Source of the DNA: Acetobacterales bacterium
GTDB taxonomy: Bacteria; Pseudomonadota; Alphaproteobacteria; Acetobacterales; Acetobacteraceae
NCBI GenBank assembly: GCA_038249305.1
Contig: JBBRWI010000001.1
Span: forward strand, 1,172-65,171
Length of the DNA: 64,000 nt
Direction: 5' to 3'
Below the pieces are notes generated by a model. It did no database searches. It saw only the letters and a list, made by a program, of their open reading frames with translations, and was not told the DNA's origin. Position numbers and translations under genes: made by a program. This document shows, in pieces, positions 1 through 9,931 of the stretch (position 1 is the stretch's first letter; the number at the start of each line of letters is the position of its first letter).

Positions 1-1267
1 CGCCGGTGCCGATCCTGCGCACCGCATCCGTGTCCGCGTGGTCACCACCAACGCCTGGCACGCGCTGTTCGCCCGCAACATGTTCCTGCGCCCGCCCGCG
101 GCTGACCTTGCCGATTTCACGCCCGACTACACCATCCTGCACGCGCCGGACCTCGACGCCGTGCCGCCCGAGGATGGCTGCAAATCCACCACCTGCATCG
201 CGCTGTCCTTCCAGGACCGGATCATCGCCATCGCCGGGACCTCCTACGCCGGCGAAATCAAGAAAAGCATTTTTACGGTCATGAACTGGCTGCTGCCCGC
301 GCGCGGCGTGCTGCCGATGCATTGTTCGGCCAACCTCGGTGCGGCGGGCGATGCCGCGCTGTTCTTCGGCCTGTCGGGCACCGGCAAGACGACCCTGTCG
401 TCGGACCCGGAACGCCGGCTGATCGGCGATGACGAACATGGCTGGTCGGATGCCGGCATCTTCAACTTCGAGGGCGGATGCTACGCGAAGGTGATCAACC
501 TCTCGCGCGCCGCAGAGCCGCAGATCTGGGACGCCTCCCACCGGTTTGGCGTGGTGCTGGAGAATGTGGTGGCGGATGCGACAGGCGCACTCGATCTCGA
601 CGACGGGTCGCTGACCCAGAACACGCGGTCCTGCTACCCGATCGAGTTCATTCCCAATATCGTTCCGGGCGGCCAGGCGGGCTTGCCGAAGAATGTGGTG
701 ATGCTGACGGCCGATGCCTTTGGCGTGCTGCCGCCGATCGCCAAGCTGACGCCGGCACAGGCGATGTACCACTTCCTGTCGGGCTATACGGCACGCGTCG
801 CGGGGACCGAAAAGGGCCTGGGGCGTGAGCCGCAGGCGACCTTTTCCACCTGTTTCGGCGCGCCCTTCCTGCCGCGCCCGCCGGAAACCTATGGCCGGAT
901 GCTGGCCGATCTGATGGCGCGGCACGGCACCGATTGCTGGCTGGTCAACACCGGCTGGAGCGGCGGGGCCTATGGCACCGGCCGCCGCATGAGCATCGAC
1001 GTGACGCGCGCCCTGCTGCGCGCGGCACTGGATGGCTCGCTGGCGCGGGCGGCTTTCGTCCGCGATCCCTTCTTCGGGCTGATGATCCCGACTGCGGTGC
1101 CCGGCGTGCCGCCCGAGGTGCTGAACCCACGCGAGTCTTGGGCTGACAAATCCGCCTACGACCGCACCGCGACCCAGTTGGTCGGGCTGTTCGAGAAGAA
1201 CTTTGGCGCCTTCGAGGCCGGGGTCGGCGAAGATGTGCGGGCGGTGGCGATCAAGGTTGCCGCTTAG
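1..1267 (+). CDS. pckA: Phosphoenolpyruvate carboxykinase (ATP), 5' end cut by window edge
   Basis: The frame is open from nt 2. The translation has the P-loop [19 protein letters not shown] and NTGWSGG blocks typical of ATP-PEPCK. Stop TAG at 1265-1267. Confidence 0.9.
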   Translation, partial: AGADPAHRIRVRVVTTNAWHALFARNMFLRPPAADLADFTPDYTILHAPDLDAVPPEDGCKSTTCIALSFQDRIIAIAGTSYAGEIKKSIFTVMNWLLPARGVLPMHCSANLGAAGDAALFFGLSGTGKTTLSSDPERRLIGDDEHGWSDAGIFNFEGGCYAKVINLSRAAEPQIWDASHRFGVVLENVVADATGALDLDDGSLTQNTRSCYPIEFIPNIVPGGQAGLPKNVVMLTADAFGVLPPIAKLTPAQAMYHFLSGYTARVAGTEKGLGREPQATFSTCFGAPFLPRPPETYGRMLADLMARHGTDCWLVNTGWSGGAYGTGRRMSIDVTRALLRAALDGSLARAAFVRDPFFGLMIPTAVPGVPPEVLNPRESWADKSAYDRTATQLVGLFEKNFGAFEAGVGEDVRAVAIKVAA

Positions 1268-1370
1268 AGCACGATCGATCCAAGTGGATCGATCTCGTGC
1301 TCTAGAAGCCGTTGAATCTAGAGCAAGAAATCGGATCAGATGATTCCATCTGATCCGATATTGCTCTAGG
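1263..1370. repeat. 108-bp double-hairpin REP/MITE-like element, copy 1
   Basis: Exact reverse complement of 34622..34729. It has two imperfect hairpins, both bounded by AGAGCA...TGCTCT (about 1266-1303 and 1320-1367). It starts inside the pckA stop codon. Confidence 0.9.
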
Positions 1371-1427
1371 CGAGGCGACCGCCCGGACAGCCCCCCTACC
1401 CTGCCCAATCCTGGGCGGGCCGCCCTG

Positions 1428-1793
1428 TCAGGTGGCGACAAGCCCGTTGGCGGTGACCGTGATGACCGCCGCGCGGCAGATATCGACCTGGCGCAGTTCC
1501 TGCGCCCGGCCATTGGCGAAGACCACGCGGAAATCGTAGCGCCCGGTATTGGCCGCGCGGAAGGCCAGCGCCTGGCCTGACTTGAGGTCACGCGTACCCA
1601 ACCGGTCGGCGCCCCAATCGCCGAGGGAGGCATGGCTGAAATAGACCTGGGTGACGGTCGCGTTGGTCTGGTTCACAACGCGAAACGAGGTGTCGCAGCT
1701 TCGCCCCGACACTGGTGCGCCCCCGCCGGTCGTGACGCAGCCGCCCAGGGCCAGGGCCGCTGCGAGGACCAAGAAAAGAGACGAACGCCGCAC
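1428..1793 (-). CDS. Small putative lipoprotein, function unknown
   Basis: ORF 1428..1892. A likely GTG start at 1793 is preceded by GGAG. Lipobox-like LALGGC follows a hydrophobic stretch. No recognisable domain. Confidence 0.5.
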   Translation of the reverse strand: MRRSSLFLVLAAALALGGCVTTGGGAPVSGRSCDTSFRVVNQTNATVTQVYFSHASLGDWGADRLGTRDLKSGQALAFRAANTGRYDFRVVFANGRAQELRQVDICRAAVITVTANGLVAT

Positions 1794-1954
1794 GAGATTT
1801 CTCCAGAAATTTACTGCTTTACCGACATTGGCAAAAGCGAACGTGACTGTCGAGGCGCCGGCCTGCGCTTGGGCGTGTGTCCCACCGGTCACGGCCTGTG
1901 TCTAATCTGTCGCGACCATGGCGCCGCGCCTGGCGGGACGTTACGGTGATTCCC

Positions 1955-3679
1955 ATGCCGCATTTGTCTGCCCCGCGCCGCCTTGCCCTCCTCGCCCTGA
2001 CCCTGCTGGCCGGTTGTGCCGCCGCGGGTCCTGAAGCCGCGACCACAGCGTCCACGACCGCGGCCGCCCCGACCGGCGCCTTCGGCCCCTATCTGGCCGG
2101 CCGATTCGCGAATAGCGAGACCGACACCCGCGCCGCCGCCGACCAACTGCTCGCGGCCCTGCGCGTAGAGCCGAATCAGGCCGAAATTCTGACGCGCGCC
2201 TTCCTCGCGACGGTCATGGACGGGCGGATGGACGCGACCCGCCTGGCCCGCCGCCTGCCCGACAACCAAGTCGCGGTGCTGCTGCTGATCGGCGCCGATG
2301 CCCAGGCCGGGCGCTGGGACCGCGCCGAGACCCGCCTGCGCGGGCTGCCGCGCCAGGGGGCGGCTGGGCTGTTGGTGCCGCTCTGGACCGCCTGGGTGCA
2401 ACAGGGCCGCGGGGCGACCGACACCGCCCTGGCCACCTTGCGGCCGCATATCGAAACGGGCCGCCTGCGCGGCACCCATGCCCTGCATGCCGCCATGATC
2501 GCCGATATCGCTGGCCGGCCGCGCGATGCCGAACGCTACATCCGCACCGCCATCGCCGAATCGCCCGAGGCCAACCTGCGCATGCTCACCATCGCCGCCG
2601 GCATCCTGGCCCGGTCGGGGCGCGAGGCCGAGGCGCAGCGCCTGTTGGAGTCCGCCGCCCGCGGGCCGGACGACCTGGCGCTGGCCTATACCAGCGCCGC
2701 CCGCCGCCAGATCCTGGCCAGCCGCGCCGTCGCGACGCCGGTGGAGGGGATGGCCGAGGCGCAGTTGGCGCTCGCGGCCGCCTTGCGCGGCCAGGGCGCG
2801 GGTGAATTCGGCCTGGTGCTGACCCGGCTGTCGCTGCGCCTGCGCCCGGATTTCGCCGCAGCGCTGCTGATGACCTCCGACATGCTGGCCGACGAACGCC
2901 ATCCGGATACGGCGCTGGCAACGCTCGACACCATCCCTTCGGGCGATCCGCTGGCCGCCGTCGTGGCGCTGCGCCGCGCCGTGCTGCTCGACCGCCTGGA
3001 CCGCACGACGGAGGCCGTGGCGGCGTTGCAGTCCCTGTCCGCCGCCCTGCCGGACAATGCGCAGCCGAGCGCCCGGCTGGGCGACATCCTGCGCGCCCGC
3101 AGCCGCTTCCCCGACGCGGTCGTCGCCTATGATGTCGCGGTCGCGCGCGTCCCCAACGCGGGGCCGGCCGATTGGCCGCTGTTCTACGCCCGCGGCATCG
3201 CCCAGGAACGCGCCGGGCGCTGGCAGCGGGCGGAAGCCGATTTCCAGCGCGCACTGCAACTTGCGCCGGAACAGCCCTATGTCCTGAACTACCTAGGCTA
3301 CACCTGGGTCGAGCAGGGTCAGAACCTGACCGAGGCGCGGCGCATGCTGGAACGCGCTGCCGAGTTGCGGCCGCAGGACGGCAACATCGCCGACAGCCTG
3401 GGCTGGGCGCTGTTCAAGATCGGTGACCTGCCCGGCGCAGTGCGCTGGCTGGAGAAGGCGGTCGAACTGGAATCCCGCAACAGCGTCATCAACGACCACC
3501 TGGGCGACGCCTATTGGGCTGCCGGGCGCCGGTCAGAGGCGCAGTTCCAATGGCGCCGCGCGCTGAACACCGACCCGGAGCCCGGCGACGTGGCCCGCAT
3601 CGAGGTCAAGCTGCGCGACGGGTTGGCAGGCCTCCAGGTGCCGACCGCCCAGGCCGGGGCGCCACGGCCGGCCCAATAG
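1955..3679 (+). CDS. Tetratricopeptide-repeat lipoprotein
   Basis: ATG at 1955 gives MPHLSAPRRLALLALTLLAGC (lipoprotein signal). The C-terminal half has TPR-like repeats (YARGIAQERAGRWQRAEADFQRALQLAPEQPYVLNYLGY...). It sits directly upstream of ispE. Confidence 0.75.
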   Translation: MPHLSAPRRLALLALTLLAGCAAAGPEAATTASTTAAAPTGAFGPYLAGRFANSETDTRAAADQLLAALRVEPNQAEILTRAFLATVMDGRMDATRLARRLPDNQVAVLLLIGADAQAGRWDRAETRLRGLPRQGAAGLLVPLWTAWVQQGRGATDTALATLRPHIETGRLRGTHALHAAMIADIAGRPRDAERYIRTAIAESPEANLRMLTIAAGILARSGREAEAQRLLESAARGPDDLALAYTSAARRQILASRAVATPVEGMAEAQLALAAALRGQGAGEFGLVLTRLSLRLRPDFAAALLMTSDMLADERHPDTALATLDTIPSGDPLAAVVALRRAVLLDRLDRTTEAVAALQSLSAALPDNAQPSARLGDILRARSRFPDAVVAYDVAVARVPNAGPADWPLFYARGIAQERAGRWQRAEADFQRALQLAPEQPYVLNYLGYTWVEQGQNLTEARRMLERAAELRPQDGNIADSLGWALFKIGDLPGAVRWLEKAVELESRNSVINDHLGDAYWAAGRRSEAQFQWRRALNTDPEPGDVARIEVKLRDGLAGLQVPTAQAGAPRPAQ

Positions 3680-3681
3680 CC

Positions 3682-4503
3682 TTGGCCGAGTTCGCACCGG
3701 CCAAGATCAACCTGTTCCTGCATGTGCTCGGCCGCCGGGCCGATGGGCTGCACCTGCTCGACAGCCTGGTGGTCTTCGCCGGCGTGGGCGACCGGGTTTC
3801 GCTGAGCGACGCCCCCGGGCTTTTGCTGGAGGGGCCGGAGGCTGCCGGGCTGCTCGCCGAACCCGACAACCTGGTACTGCGCGCGGCGCGGGGGATGGCG
3901 TTTGCCGATGGGCTGCGGTTGGAGAAGCACCTGCCCGTCGCCTCTGGCATCGGCGGCGGTTCGGCCGATGCGGCGGCGACACTTCGGTTGCTGGCGCGGG
4001 TCACCGGGACGGTGGTGCCGGCGGGGCTGGCGGCCCGGCTCGGGGCCGATGTGCCGGTCTGTCTTGGCGCCAGCCCCGCGCGGTTTGGCGGCATCGGCGA
4101 CGTGCTGGCCGCCGCCCCCCGCCTGCCACGCTTCGGGCTGCTGCTGGCCAATCCGCGCGTGGCGCTGCCGACGCCGGAGGTTTTTCGCGCGCGCGGCGGC
4201 GCTTTTTCCACCGTGGCCTTGCTGCCCGCGTCCTGGGCCGATGCGGCGGCGATGGCGGCGGGCCTGTCGGTGACCCGCAACGACCTGCAGGTGCCGGCGA
4301 TCGCCTGCCGGCCGGTGATCGCCGAGGTGCTGGCGATCCTCGGCGGGTTGCCCGGCTGCCTGCTGGCGCGCATGTCAGGGTCGGGGGCGACGTGTTTCGC
4401 GATGTTCGCCGAACCGGGCGCGGCGCGGGATGCCGCGGCGTTGTTGCCTGCCGCATGGTGGGTTTGGGGCGGCGGGCTTCACGAAGGGGGCGGGGCGGGC
4501 TAG
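3682..4503 (+). CDS. ispE: 4-diphosphocytidyl-2-C-methyl-D-erythritol kinase
   Basis: N-terminus APAKINLFLHVLGRRADGLH and the GHMP-kinase motif PVASGIGGGSADAAA. A TTG at 3682 lies 3 nt after the TPR gene stop. The upstream ATG at 3514 would overlap the TPR gene by 166 nt. Confidence 0.85.
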   Translation: MAEFAPAKINLFLHVLGRRADGLHLLDSLVVFAGVGDRVSLSDAPGLLLEGPEAAGLLAEPDNLVLRAARGMAFADGLRLEKHLPVASGIGGGSADAAATLRLLARVTGTVVPAGLAARLGADVPVCLGASPARFGGIGDVLAAAPRLPRFGLLLANPRVALPTPEVFRARGGAFSTVALLPASWADAAAMAAGLSVTRNDLQVPAIACRPVIAEVLAILGGLPGCLLARMSGSGATCFAMFAEPGAARDAAALLPAAWWVWGGGLHEGGGAG

Positions 4504-4519
4504 ACGCTCGCTTCGCTGC

Positions 4520-4594
4520 TGGGGCGTCGCCAAGCGGTAAGGCAGCGGTTTTTGGTACCGCCATTCCCAGGTTCGAATCCTGGCGCCCCAACCA
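4520..4594 (+). tRNA. tRNA-Gln (anticodon UUG)
   Basis: Cloverleaf folded by eye. Acceptor TGGGGCG/CGCCCCA, anticodon stem GCGGT/ACCGC with loop TTTTGGT, T-arm GGTTCGAATCC, encoded CCA. Close to E. coli tRNA-Gln. Confidence 0.9.
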
Positions 4595-4681
4595 GTCGCC
4601 CCAACCTGTCGACTCAGACCGCCAGGATCCGCGCCGTCGCGCATGCCGAACGTCCGGCCATGCGAACGCCGATGCGCGGGT

Positions 4682-5965
4682 TCAGGAGAACATGTCCTGC
4701 GTGATGCTGGCATACCAGGCATCGGCGTAGAGTGCCTCCAGCCGACGCTGCTCAGGCAGCACGCCGCGCGGTGAGACGCCGCCGGAATTCGGCACCTCGA
4801 CGATCGCGGTGCCTTGGGCGTTCGGCCGAAAGATGCCGACGACCGAAATCCCGTAGTCGCTGCCGACGTGCGAATAGCAGGTGTTGAAATACTGCGCCTC
4901 GGGCGGCGCCTCGCCCCGCAGTGACGCCGCGGCGCTGGCGACCGCCTGCTTGGCGGTGCTGTTGGCGACGTAGCCGGATTTGGGCATCGCACCGGGGATA
5001 TTCGCATCGCCGACGACATGGATGCCGGCGGCGGCACGGGCCTCGAAGGTGGCCGGATTAACCGGCACCCAGCCGGTGGCATCGGCCAATCCCGCGTCGA
5101 TCGCGATGCGTGCGGCCGACTGGGGCGGGATGATGTTGGCGACATCGACCCTGTGCCGCGTGCCGAATTCCGTCTCCAGAACACGCTCGCGCGGATCGAC
5201 GCGGACCACGCGACCGTCGCGGCTGGCCGGCACCCATTCGATCATGCCCGGATACAGCGCCGCCCAGGCGTCCTGGAACAGGCCCTGCTTGCTGAAAGCC
5301 TCCTTGGCATCGAGCGCGAGGATCTTCGATCGCGGCTTATGCTGCTTGAGGTAGGCCGCAATCATGCTGATCCGCTCATAAGGCCCTGGCGGACAGCGGA
5401 ACGGGTTGCCGGGGATCACGAGGCCGACGGTGCCGCCATCGGGCATCGCCTCCAACTGGCGGCGCAGCAGCAGGGTCTGCGCGCCATCGGCCGGGACCCA
5501 GGCATGCGGCATGACCTCGGCGGCGGCTTCGTCGTAGCCCTCCAGCGCACCCCAGCGCAGCGCGATGCCAGGGGCCAGGATCAGCCGGTCATAGCCCAGG
5601 CTTTCGCCGCCATGCAGACGCACCTGGCGCGCCACCGGGTCGATGCCGCGGGCCCAGTCGTGCACCACCCGCACGCCACGCGCGCGCAGGCCGTCATAGC
5701 CATGGGTGATGTCGCTGATTTGGCGCAGACCTGCGATGACGAGGTTGCCATAGGGGCAAGTCACGAGCCGTGTCTGCGGTTCGACCAGCGTCACCTGCAG
5801 CCAGGGATGCGCGCGGCGGGCGAAACTGGCGGCCGAGGCGCCGCCGAAACCGCCGCCGATCACCAGAAGCCGGGCCTGGCCCTCGGTTTGCGCCTGCAGG
5901 GTGGTGGGGGCCGCGAGGGCCGCGGCGAGCAGGCTGCGGCGGGGTACAACACGGGTCACGTCCAC
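4682..5965 (-). CDS. fccB: Flavocytochrome c sulfide dehydrogenase, flavoprotein subunit (FccB/SoxF-like)
   Basis: Tat-type signal PRRSLLAAALAAP and FAD fold LLVIGGGFGGASAA. The C-terminal FCSD-like block is YFNTCYSHVGSDYGISV. A cytochrome c gene lies 5 nt upstream. Confidence 0.8.
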   Translation of the reverse strand: MDVTRVVPRRSLLAAALAAPTTLQAQTEGQARLLVIGGGFGGASAASFARRAHPWLQVTLVEPQTRLVTCPYGNLVIAGLRQISDITHGYDGLRARGVRVVHDWARGIDPVARQVRLHGGESLGYDRLILAPGIALRWGALEGYDEAAAEVMPHAWVPADGAQTLLLRRQLEAMPDGGTVGLVIPGNPFRCPPGPYERISMIAAYLKQHKPRSKILALDAKEAFSKQGLFQDAWAALYPGMIEWVPASRDGRVVRVDPRERVLETEFGTRHRVDVANIIPPQSAARIAIDAGLADATGWVPVNPATFEARAAAGIHVVGDANIPGAMPKSGYVANSTAKQAVASAAASLRGEAPPEAQYFNTCYSHVGSDYGISVVGIFRPNAQGTAIVEVPNSGGVSPRGVLPEQRRLEALYADAWYASITQDMFS

Positions 5966-5970
5966 CCTCC

Positions 5971-6264
5971 TCAGCGTGGAACGGTGGCGAGATGGGTCGC
6001 GATGGCCGCAATCTGCGCGTCGCTATAGCCGCGTGCGACGCGGCCCATGATCGTGCCGGGGCGTTCGTTGGCGCGGAAGGCCACCATCAGCGTGACCAGT
6101 TCCGGTGCCGGGCGCCCGGTCAGCCCCGGAATGCCCCCACCTTCTGCCGCGCCCGGCCAATGGCAGCCGAGGCAGGCTTCGGCGAGCAGCGCCCCGGGGG
6201 GGCTGGTCTGCGCTGCGACCGGCGCCGTCAGCAGCGCCGCAAAGAGGGCAAGCATCGATCGCAT
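5971..6264 (-). CDS. Monohaem c-type cytochrome (FccA/SoxE-like partner)
   Basis: 97 aa with a signal peptide and a single CxxCH (CLGCH). GGAGGA lies upstream of the ATG at 6264. Confidence 0.75.
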   Translation of the reverse strand: MRSMLALFAALLTAPVAAQTSPPGALLAEACLGCHWPGAAEGGGIPGLTGRPAPELVTLMVAFRANERPGTIMGRVARGYSDAQIAAIATHLATVPR

Positions 6265-6296
6265 GAAGATCCTCCAACAGCCTATTTCGATACCGA

Positions 6297-6325
6297 ATCA
6301 TAATAAACTGAGCCAGTTCGTTCAA
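6297..6325 (-). promoter_or_regulatory. Candidate sigma70-type promoter for the cytochrome c/fccB pair
   Basis: On the minus strand: TTGAAC (6325-6320), a 17-nt spacer, then TATGAT (6302-6297). It lies about 33 nt upstream of the ATG in a locally AT-rich patch. Confidence 0.4.
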
Positions 6326-6453
6326 TACGTAAATCACAAAAGCCTACGCCCAGGAGCGATGATCTCACCAGGGCGGCGCACCAGCCTTGCCCGTCGGCCA
6401 AGCAACAACGCTCCGATCGCCAACAGCCGCACCCCCAACGCGATTGATACCGA

Positions 6454-7383
6454 TCAGGCCAGTCTCAACCGTAAGAAGGCACCCACCTCGGCCAGCGCCC
6501 CGCGCCCCGCCGCCACCTGCTGATAGAACAGCGCCCAGGCGTGGATCATGTCCGGCCAGACCTGCAACGTGACCCGCACATCCGCGGCCGCTGCCACGCC
6601 AGCCAGGCGGATCGCGTCATCCATCAGCGTTTCTGCCGAACCGGTCTGGATCAGAACCGGCGGCAGGCCGCGCAGGTCGGCGTGCAGCGGCGACACCAGG
6701 TGCCCGGCCGGATCGGCGCCATGCAGGTAGGCCGCGGCCAGTTCTTCGAGGTAGCCGCGGCTGATCAGCGGATCGACCGCGGCCTTGGAATCCATGCTGG
6801 CGCCCTGCATTCGCAGGTCCACCCAAGGCGAACTCAGCCAGGTGCCGCCGGGCAGAGGGATGCCTTGATCGCGCAGCGACACCAGGGCTGCGACCGCAAG
6901 CCCGCCGCCGGCACTTTCGCCGCAAAGCGCGATACGATGCGGCGCGAACCCTTGCGCCAGCAGGAAGCGGTAGCCGGCCAGCGTATCCTCCAACGCGGCC
7001 GGAAAAGGGTGTTCGGGGGCGAGGCGGTAGCCGAGGGCGAGGGTTCGCGCGCCAGCCTGGCGCCCTGCCTCGGCGACCATGTGGCGGTGGCTGGCGATCG
7101 AGCCAGAGACATAGCCGCCGCCGTGCAGGAACAGCAGCACGCGGGCAGGGTCGGCGCCGGGCGCGGTGGTCCATTCGGCGGCGACGCCATGCGCGATGAT
7201 GGGTTCGATCCGGATGTCCGGCGCAGTCGGGTAAAGGGCGCCGAAGCCATCGAGGCGGGCGCGCCGTTCAGCCAGGTCGGCTGCGCGGGGGCTGGCGGCC
7301 AGGATGGCGCGGATCGCGTCGATCTCGGGGTCGGGCATGGCGGTTGGGTTCGCAGTCGGGTCCTGTGGCAGCCAAGTTGACAC
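6454..7383 (-). CDS. Alpha/beta hydrolase (hormone-sensitive-lipase-type esterase)
   Basis: HGGGY oxyanion motif and the GESAGG nucleophile elbow. Confidence 0.8.
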   Translation of the reverse strand: MSTWLPQDPTANPTAMPDPEIDAIRAILAASPRAADLAERRARLDGFGALYPTAPDIRIEPIIAHGVAAEWTTAPGADPARVLLFLHGGGYVSGSIASHRHMVAEAGRQAGARTLALGYRLAPEHPFPAALEDTLAGYRFLLAQGFAPHRIALCGESAGGGLAVAALVSLRDQGIPLPGGTWLSSPWVDLRMQGASMDSKAAVDPLISRGYLEELAAAYLHGADPAGHLVSPLHADLRGLPPVLIQTGSAETLMDDAIRLAGVAAAADVRVTLQVWPDMIHAWALFYQQVAAGRGALAEVGAFLRLRLA

Positions 7384-7563
7384 CAGCGGCTCCGCTGCCG
7401 GTCACGTCTGTTTCGCGGCGTTGCGTATCAAATCCCATCAATGCCCGGCAAGTAGTCAATTTGTTTGTTCGGCACGCCGCACCGCAACGCCGCGAAGCGC
7501 ACCCGGGCCATCGAAGGTGATCGAACCAGCGTGTCCGCCGACCCGTCGCCGCCGTCCACCCGC

Positions 7564-8184
7564 TCAGCGGAGCGCTCGCGCCGGCACGCCGCCCACGCGG
7601 GCGCCGTCCGGCACATCGCGCACCACCGCGGCCCCCGCGCCGACGATGGCATCGCGCCCGATGCTGATGCCCGGGCTTACAGCGCTACCGACGCCCACAA
7701 GCGTCCGCGCGCCCACCGTCACATCCCCCGCCAGCGCGCAGCCCGGGGCAATGTGCGCGGCCTCCCCGATCGCGTTGTCGTGGTCCACCACGGCGCCGGA
7801 ATTGATGATGCAGAGCCGCCCGACCCGGCTTGCAGTGCCGACCACCGCCCGGATCAGCACGACCGCCCCCTCGCCCAACGACGCCGAAGCCGCGACATAG
7901 GCCGCCGGATGGACCAGCACCGGCAGCGCAAAACCCGCCGCGGTCAGACGGTCGCCCAGGCGTTGGCGGGCGGCGTTGTCGCCGACCGCGACGAAGGCGC
8001 CCGTGATGCCCTCGGCGCGCAGCCGATCCAGGTCAGCCTCGTCACCCAGGTAACGCAGGCCCAGGTCCCGCCCGGGCGGGGCGGGACCGACCATACCTGC
8101 CAGGGCGACCCCGCCCACCGTCCGCAACGCCTCGACCAGCACCGCGGCGTGCCCGCCCGTGCCCATGATCAAGCAGGGCGGCAT
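7564..8184 (-). CDS. NeuD/PglB/VioB-family hexapeptide-repeat acetyltransferase
   Basis: N-terminal LIMGTGGHAAV followed by a left-handed beta-helix repeat region. The internal ATG at 8184 overlaps the ppa stop (ATGA). Confidence 0.7.
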   Translation of the reverse strand: MPPCLIMGTGGHAAVLVEALRTVGGVALAGMVGPAPPGRDLGLRYLGDEADLDRLRAEGITGAFVAVGDNAARQRLGDRLTAAGFALPVLVHPAAYVAASASLGEGAVVLIRAVVGTASRVGRLCIINSGAVVDHDNAIGEAAHIAPGCALAGDVTVGARTLVGVGSAVSPGISIGRDAIVGAGAAVVRDVPDGARVGGVPARALR

Positions 8185-8717
8185 CAGCCCTTGGTTTTGG
8201 CGCGTTCGATGGCGGCCTGGACCAGCTGCCTTGCTTCCTCCGGGCCGCCCCAGCCCAGCATCTTGACCCACTTGCCAGGCTCGAGATCCTTGTAATGCTC
8301 GAAGAAGTGCTGGATCTGCTCGATCGTGATCTGCGGCAAGTCAGTATAGGATTTGACGTGCAGGTAACGCTTGGTCAGCGCGTCAGACGGGACCGCGATG
8401 ATCTTCTCGTCGCCGCCGCCGTCATCCTCCATCTTCAGGACGCCAACCGGGCGAACATTGATGACTGCGCCCGGAATGATCGGGCGGGTATTGGCCACCA
8501 GCACATCGATCGGGTCGCCATCATCCGACAGCGTATGCGGCACGAAGCCGTAATTGCCGGGGTAGCGCATGGGCGTGTGCAGGAAGCGGTCCACGAACAG
8601 CGTGCCCGCTTCCTTGTTCATCTCGTACTTGATGGGCTCGCCGCCGATCTGGACCTCGATCACCACGTTCAGGTCCTCGGGTGGGTTCTTGCCGATCGGG
8701 ATCGCGTCGAGGTTCAT
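8184..8717 (-). CDS. ppa: Inorganic pyrophosphatase
   Basis: 177 aa; matches family I PPase throughout ([29 protein letters not shown]). Confidence 0.95.
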   Translation of the reverse strand: MNLDAIPIGKNPPEDLNVVIEVQIGGEPIKYEMNKEAGTLFVDRFLHTPMRYPGNYGFVPHTLSDDGDPIDVLVANTRPIIPGAVINVRPVGVLKMEDDGGGDEKIIAVPSDALTKRYLHVKSYTDLPQITIEQIQHFFEHYKDLEPGKWVKMLGWGGPEEARQLVQAAIERAKTKG

Positions 8718-8808
8718 GCGGAGGTTCCGGGTTCAGGAGAGATGGCAGCAGGCGCCTTACCGGCCATACCCTGCAACATTCCCCGCCCGTCGCACAGGTG
8801 CGGGGCGG

Positions 8809-9465
8809 TCAGCGCCGGACGATCTCCACCCGGCGGTTCTCCGCCCGCCCCGCATCGGTCGCATTGCTCGCGACCGGTGCCGCCATCCCGGCGCCGAAGA
8901 CATCCCCCTCCTGCGGCCGCACCAGCCGCGCCATCAGGTAGGCCTGGTCGGCCCAGTTGTTGCCGAGCGCGGGTGCGATCGGCACCGCCTCGGCCACCGC
9001 GAACCAGAGGTCCGACGCACTGCCGCAGGCCTCCCGCGCACAGGCGAAGACGATTTCAAAGCCTTGCGCGACCAGCCGTTCCTGATGGTTGCGCAGCACT
9101 TCCAGCGCCGAGCGCCCGGCCGCGGCGGGCAGGTTGTAGGTGATGCGGACCGCGCGGCCGGCGACCGCCAGGCTGTTGCCATCATGCCGGCGGCTGCCCT
9201 GCGTGCGCACATCGGCGCTGGTGACGCGGCCCGAGACCATGCGGAATTCGTCGTAGTCGCGCGCGCGGAAGATGCGGATGACGGTGCCCTGGTAGCGCCC
9301 GACCAGCGGGTGATCGCGCGATCCGGCGATATCGGCGGCCGCGGCGGATGCGGGGCGGGGCTGTGACTGGGCGGGGGCGGTAGCGAGGGTGAGCAGCACC
9401 GCGCCGGCCAACCCCAGGATACGGGGTCCGTCCGCGTCGTGACAGGGGCAGGATGCCGACACCAC
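8809..9465 (-). CDS. Secreted DUF4892-like protein with a short OmpA-type C-terminal tail
   Basis: Signal peptide and a SRDHPLVGRYQG block. The C-terminus NATDAGRAENRRVEIV matches only the last ~25 aa of OmpA_C. Confidence 0.55.
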   Translation of the reverse strand: MVSASCPCHDADGPRILGLAGAVLLTLATAPAQSQPRPASAAAADIAGSRDHPLVGRYQGTVIRIFRARDYDEFRMVSGRVTSADVRTQGSRRHDGNSLAVAGRAVRITYNLPAAAGRSALEVLRNHQERLVAQGFEIVFACAREACGSASDLWFAVAEAVPIAPALGNNWADQAYLMARLVRPQEGDVFGAGMAAPVASNATDAGRAENRRVEIVRR

Positions 9466-9486
9466 GACGCACCCGACAAGCCGGCG

Positions 9487-9873
9487 TCAGGCGCTGCGCT
9501 CGACCAATTCCACGCGCACGCCCTCGGGGCTGTCGACAAAGGCGATCCGCACCCCAGGCCGCGCCTGGGTCACCGGCTTGACCAGGGTCGCGCCGTGCCC
9601 GTCCAGGATATGGGCCAGGGCCGCGTCGATGTCGGTGACCGTCAGGCCGAGGTGCTCGATACCGCGGAACGGCGGCGCCGGCGGGGTCGGCGTGCTGGCC
9701 GGGACGGTTTCCAGGAACAGCGACAACCCGCCGAGGTCGAGCACCACGCGGATGCGATCCTCGATCTCCAGGCGCGCCATCGGCTTGGCGTCCAGCGCCT
9801 CGACGAAGAATCGCGCTGCGGTGTCGGGGTCGGCGCTGCGGATATGCAGGTGGTCGAGTTTGAAGCGCGTCAT
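9487..9873 (-). CDS. VOC (glyoxalase/dioxygenase) family protein
   Basis: The internal ATG at 9873 is preceded by GGAGGAA. Translation MTRFKLDHLHIRSADP...GIEHLGLTV fits the paired beta-alpha-beta-beta-beta pattern. Confidence 0.7.
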   Translation of the reverse strand: MTRFKLDHLHIRSADPDTAARFFVEALDAKPMARLEIEDRIRVVLDLGGLSLFLETVPASTPTPPAPPFRGIEHLGLTVTDIDAALAHILDGHGATLVKPVTQARPGVRIAFVDSPEGVRVELVERSA

Positions 9874-9931
9874 GCGGGCAGTTCCTCCGGGCGGCAGTGT
9901 TCCGTCGCACGGCCGCCTCGGCAAGACCGCT

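Noticed and set aside
3514-3681. The upstream ATG start (3514) for ispE, and similar longest-ORF starts for the VOC protein, DUF2007, pcm, phnN, ilvD, patatin, SBP and the FAD oxidoreductase.
   Set aside because: These extensions overlap neighbouring genes or tRNAs and translate to low-complexity text. The internal starts coincide with family N-termini, SD-like sequences or ATGA/stop-start junctions.
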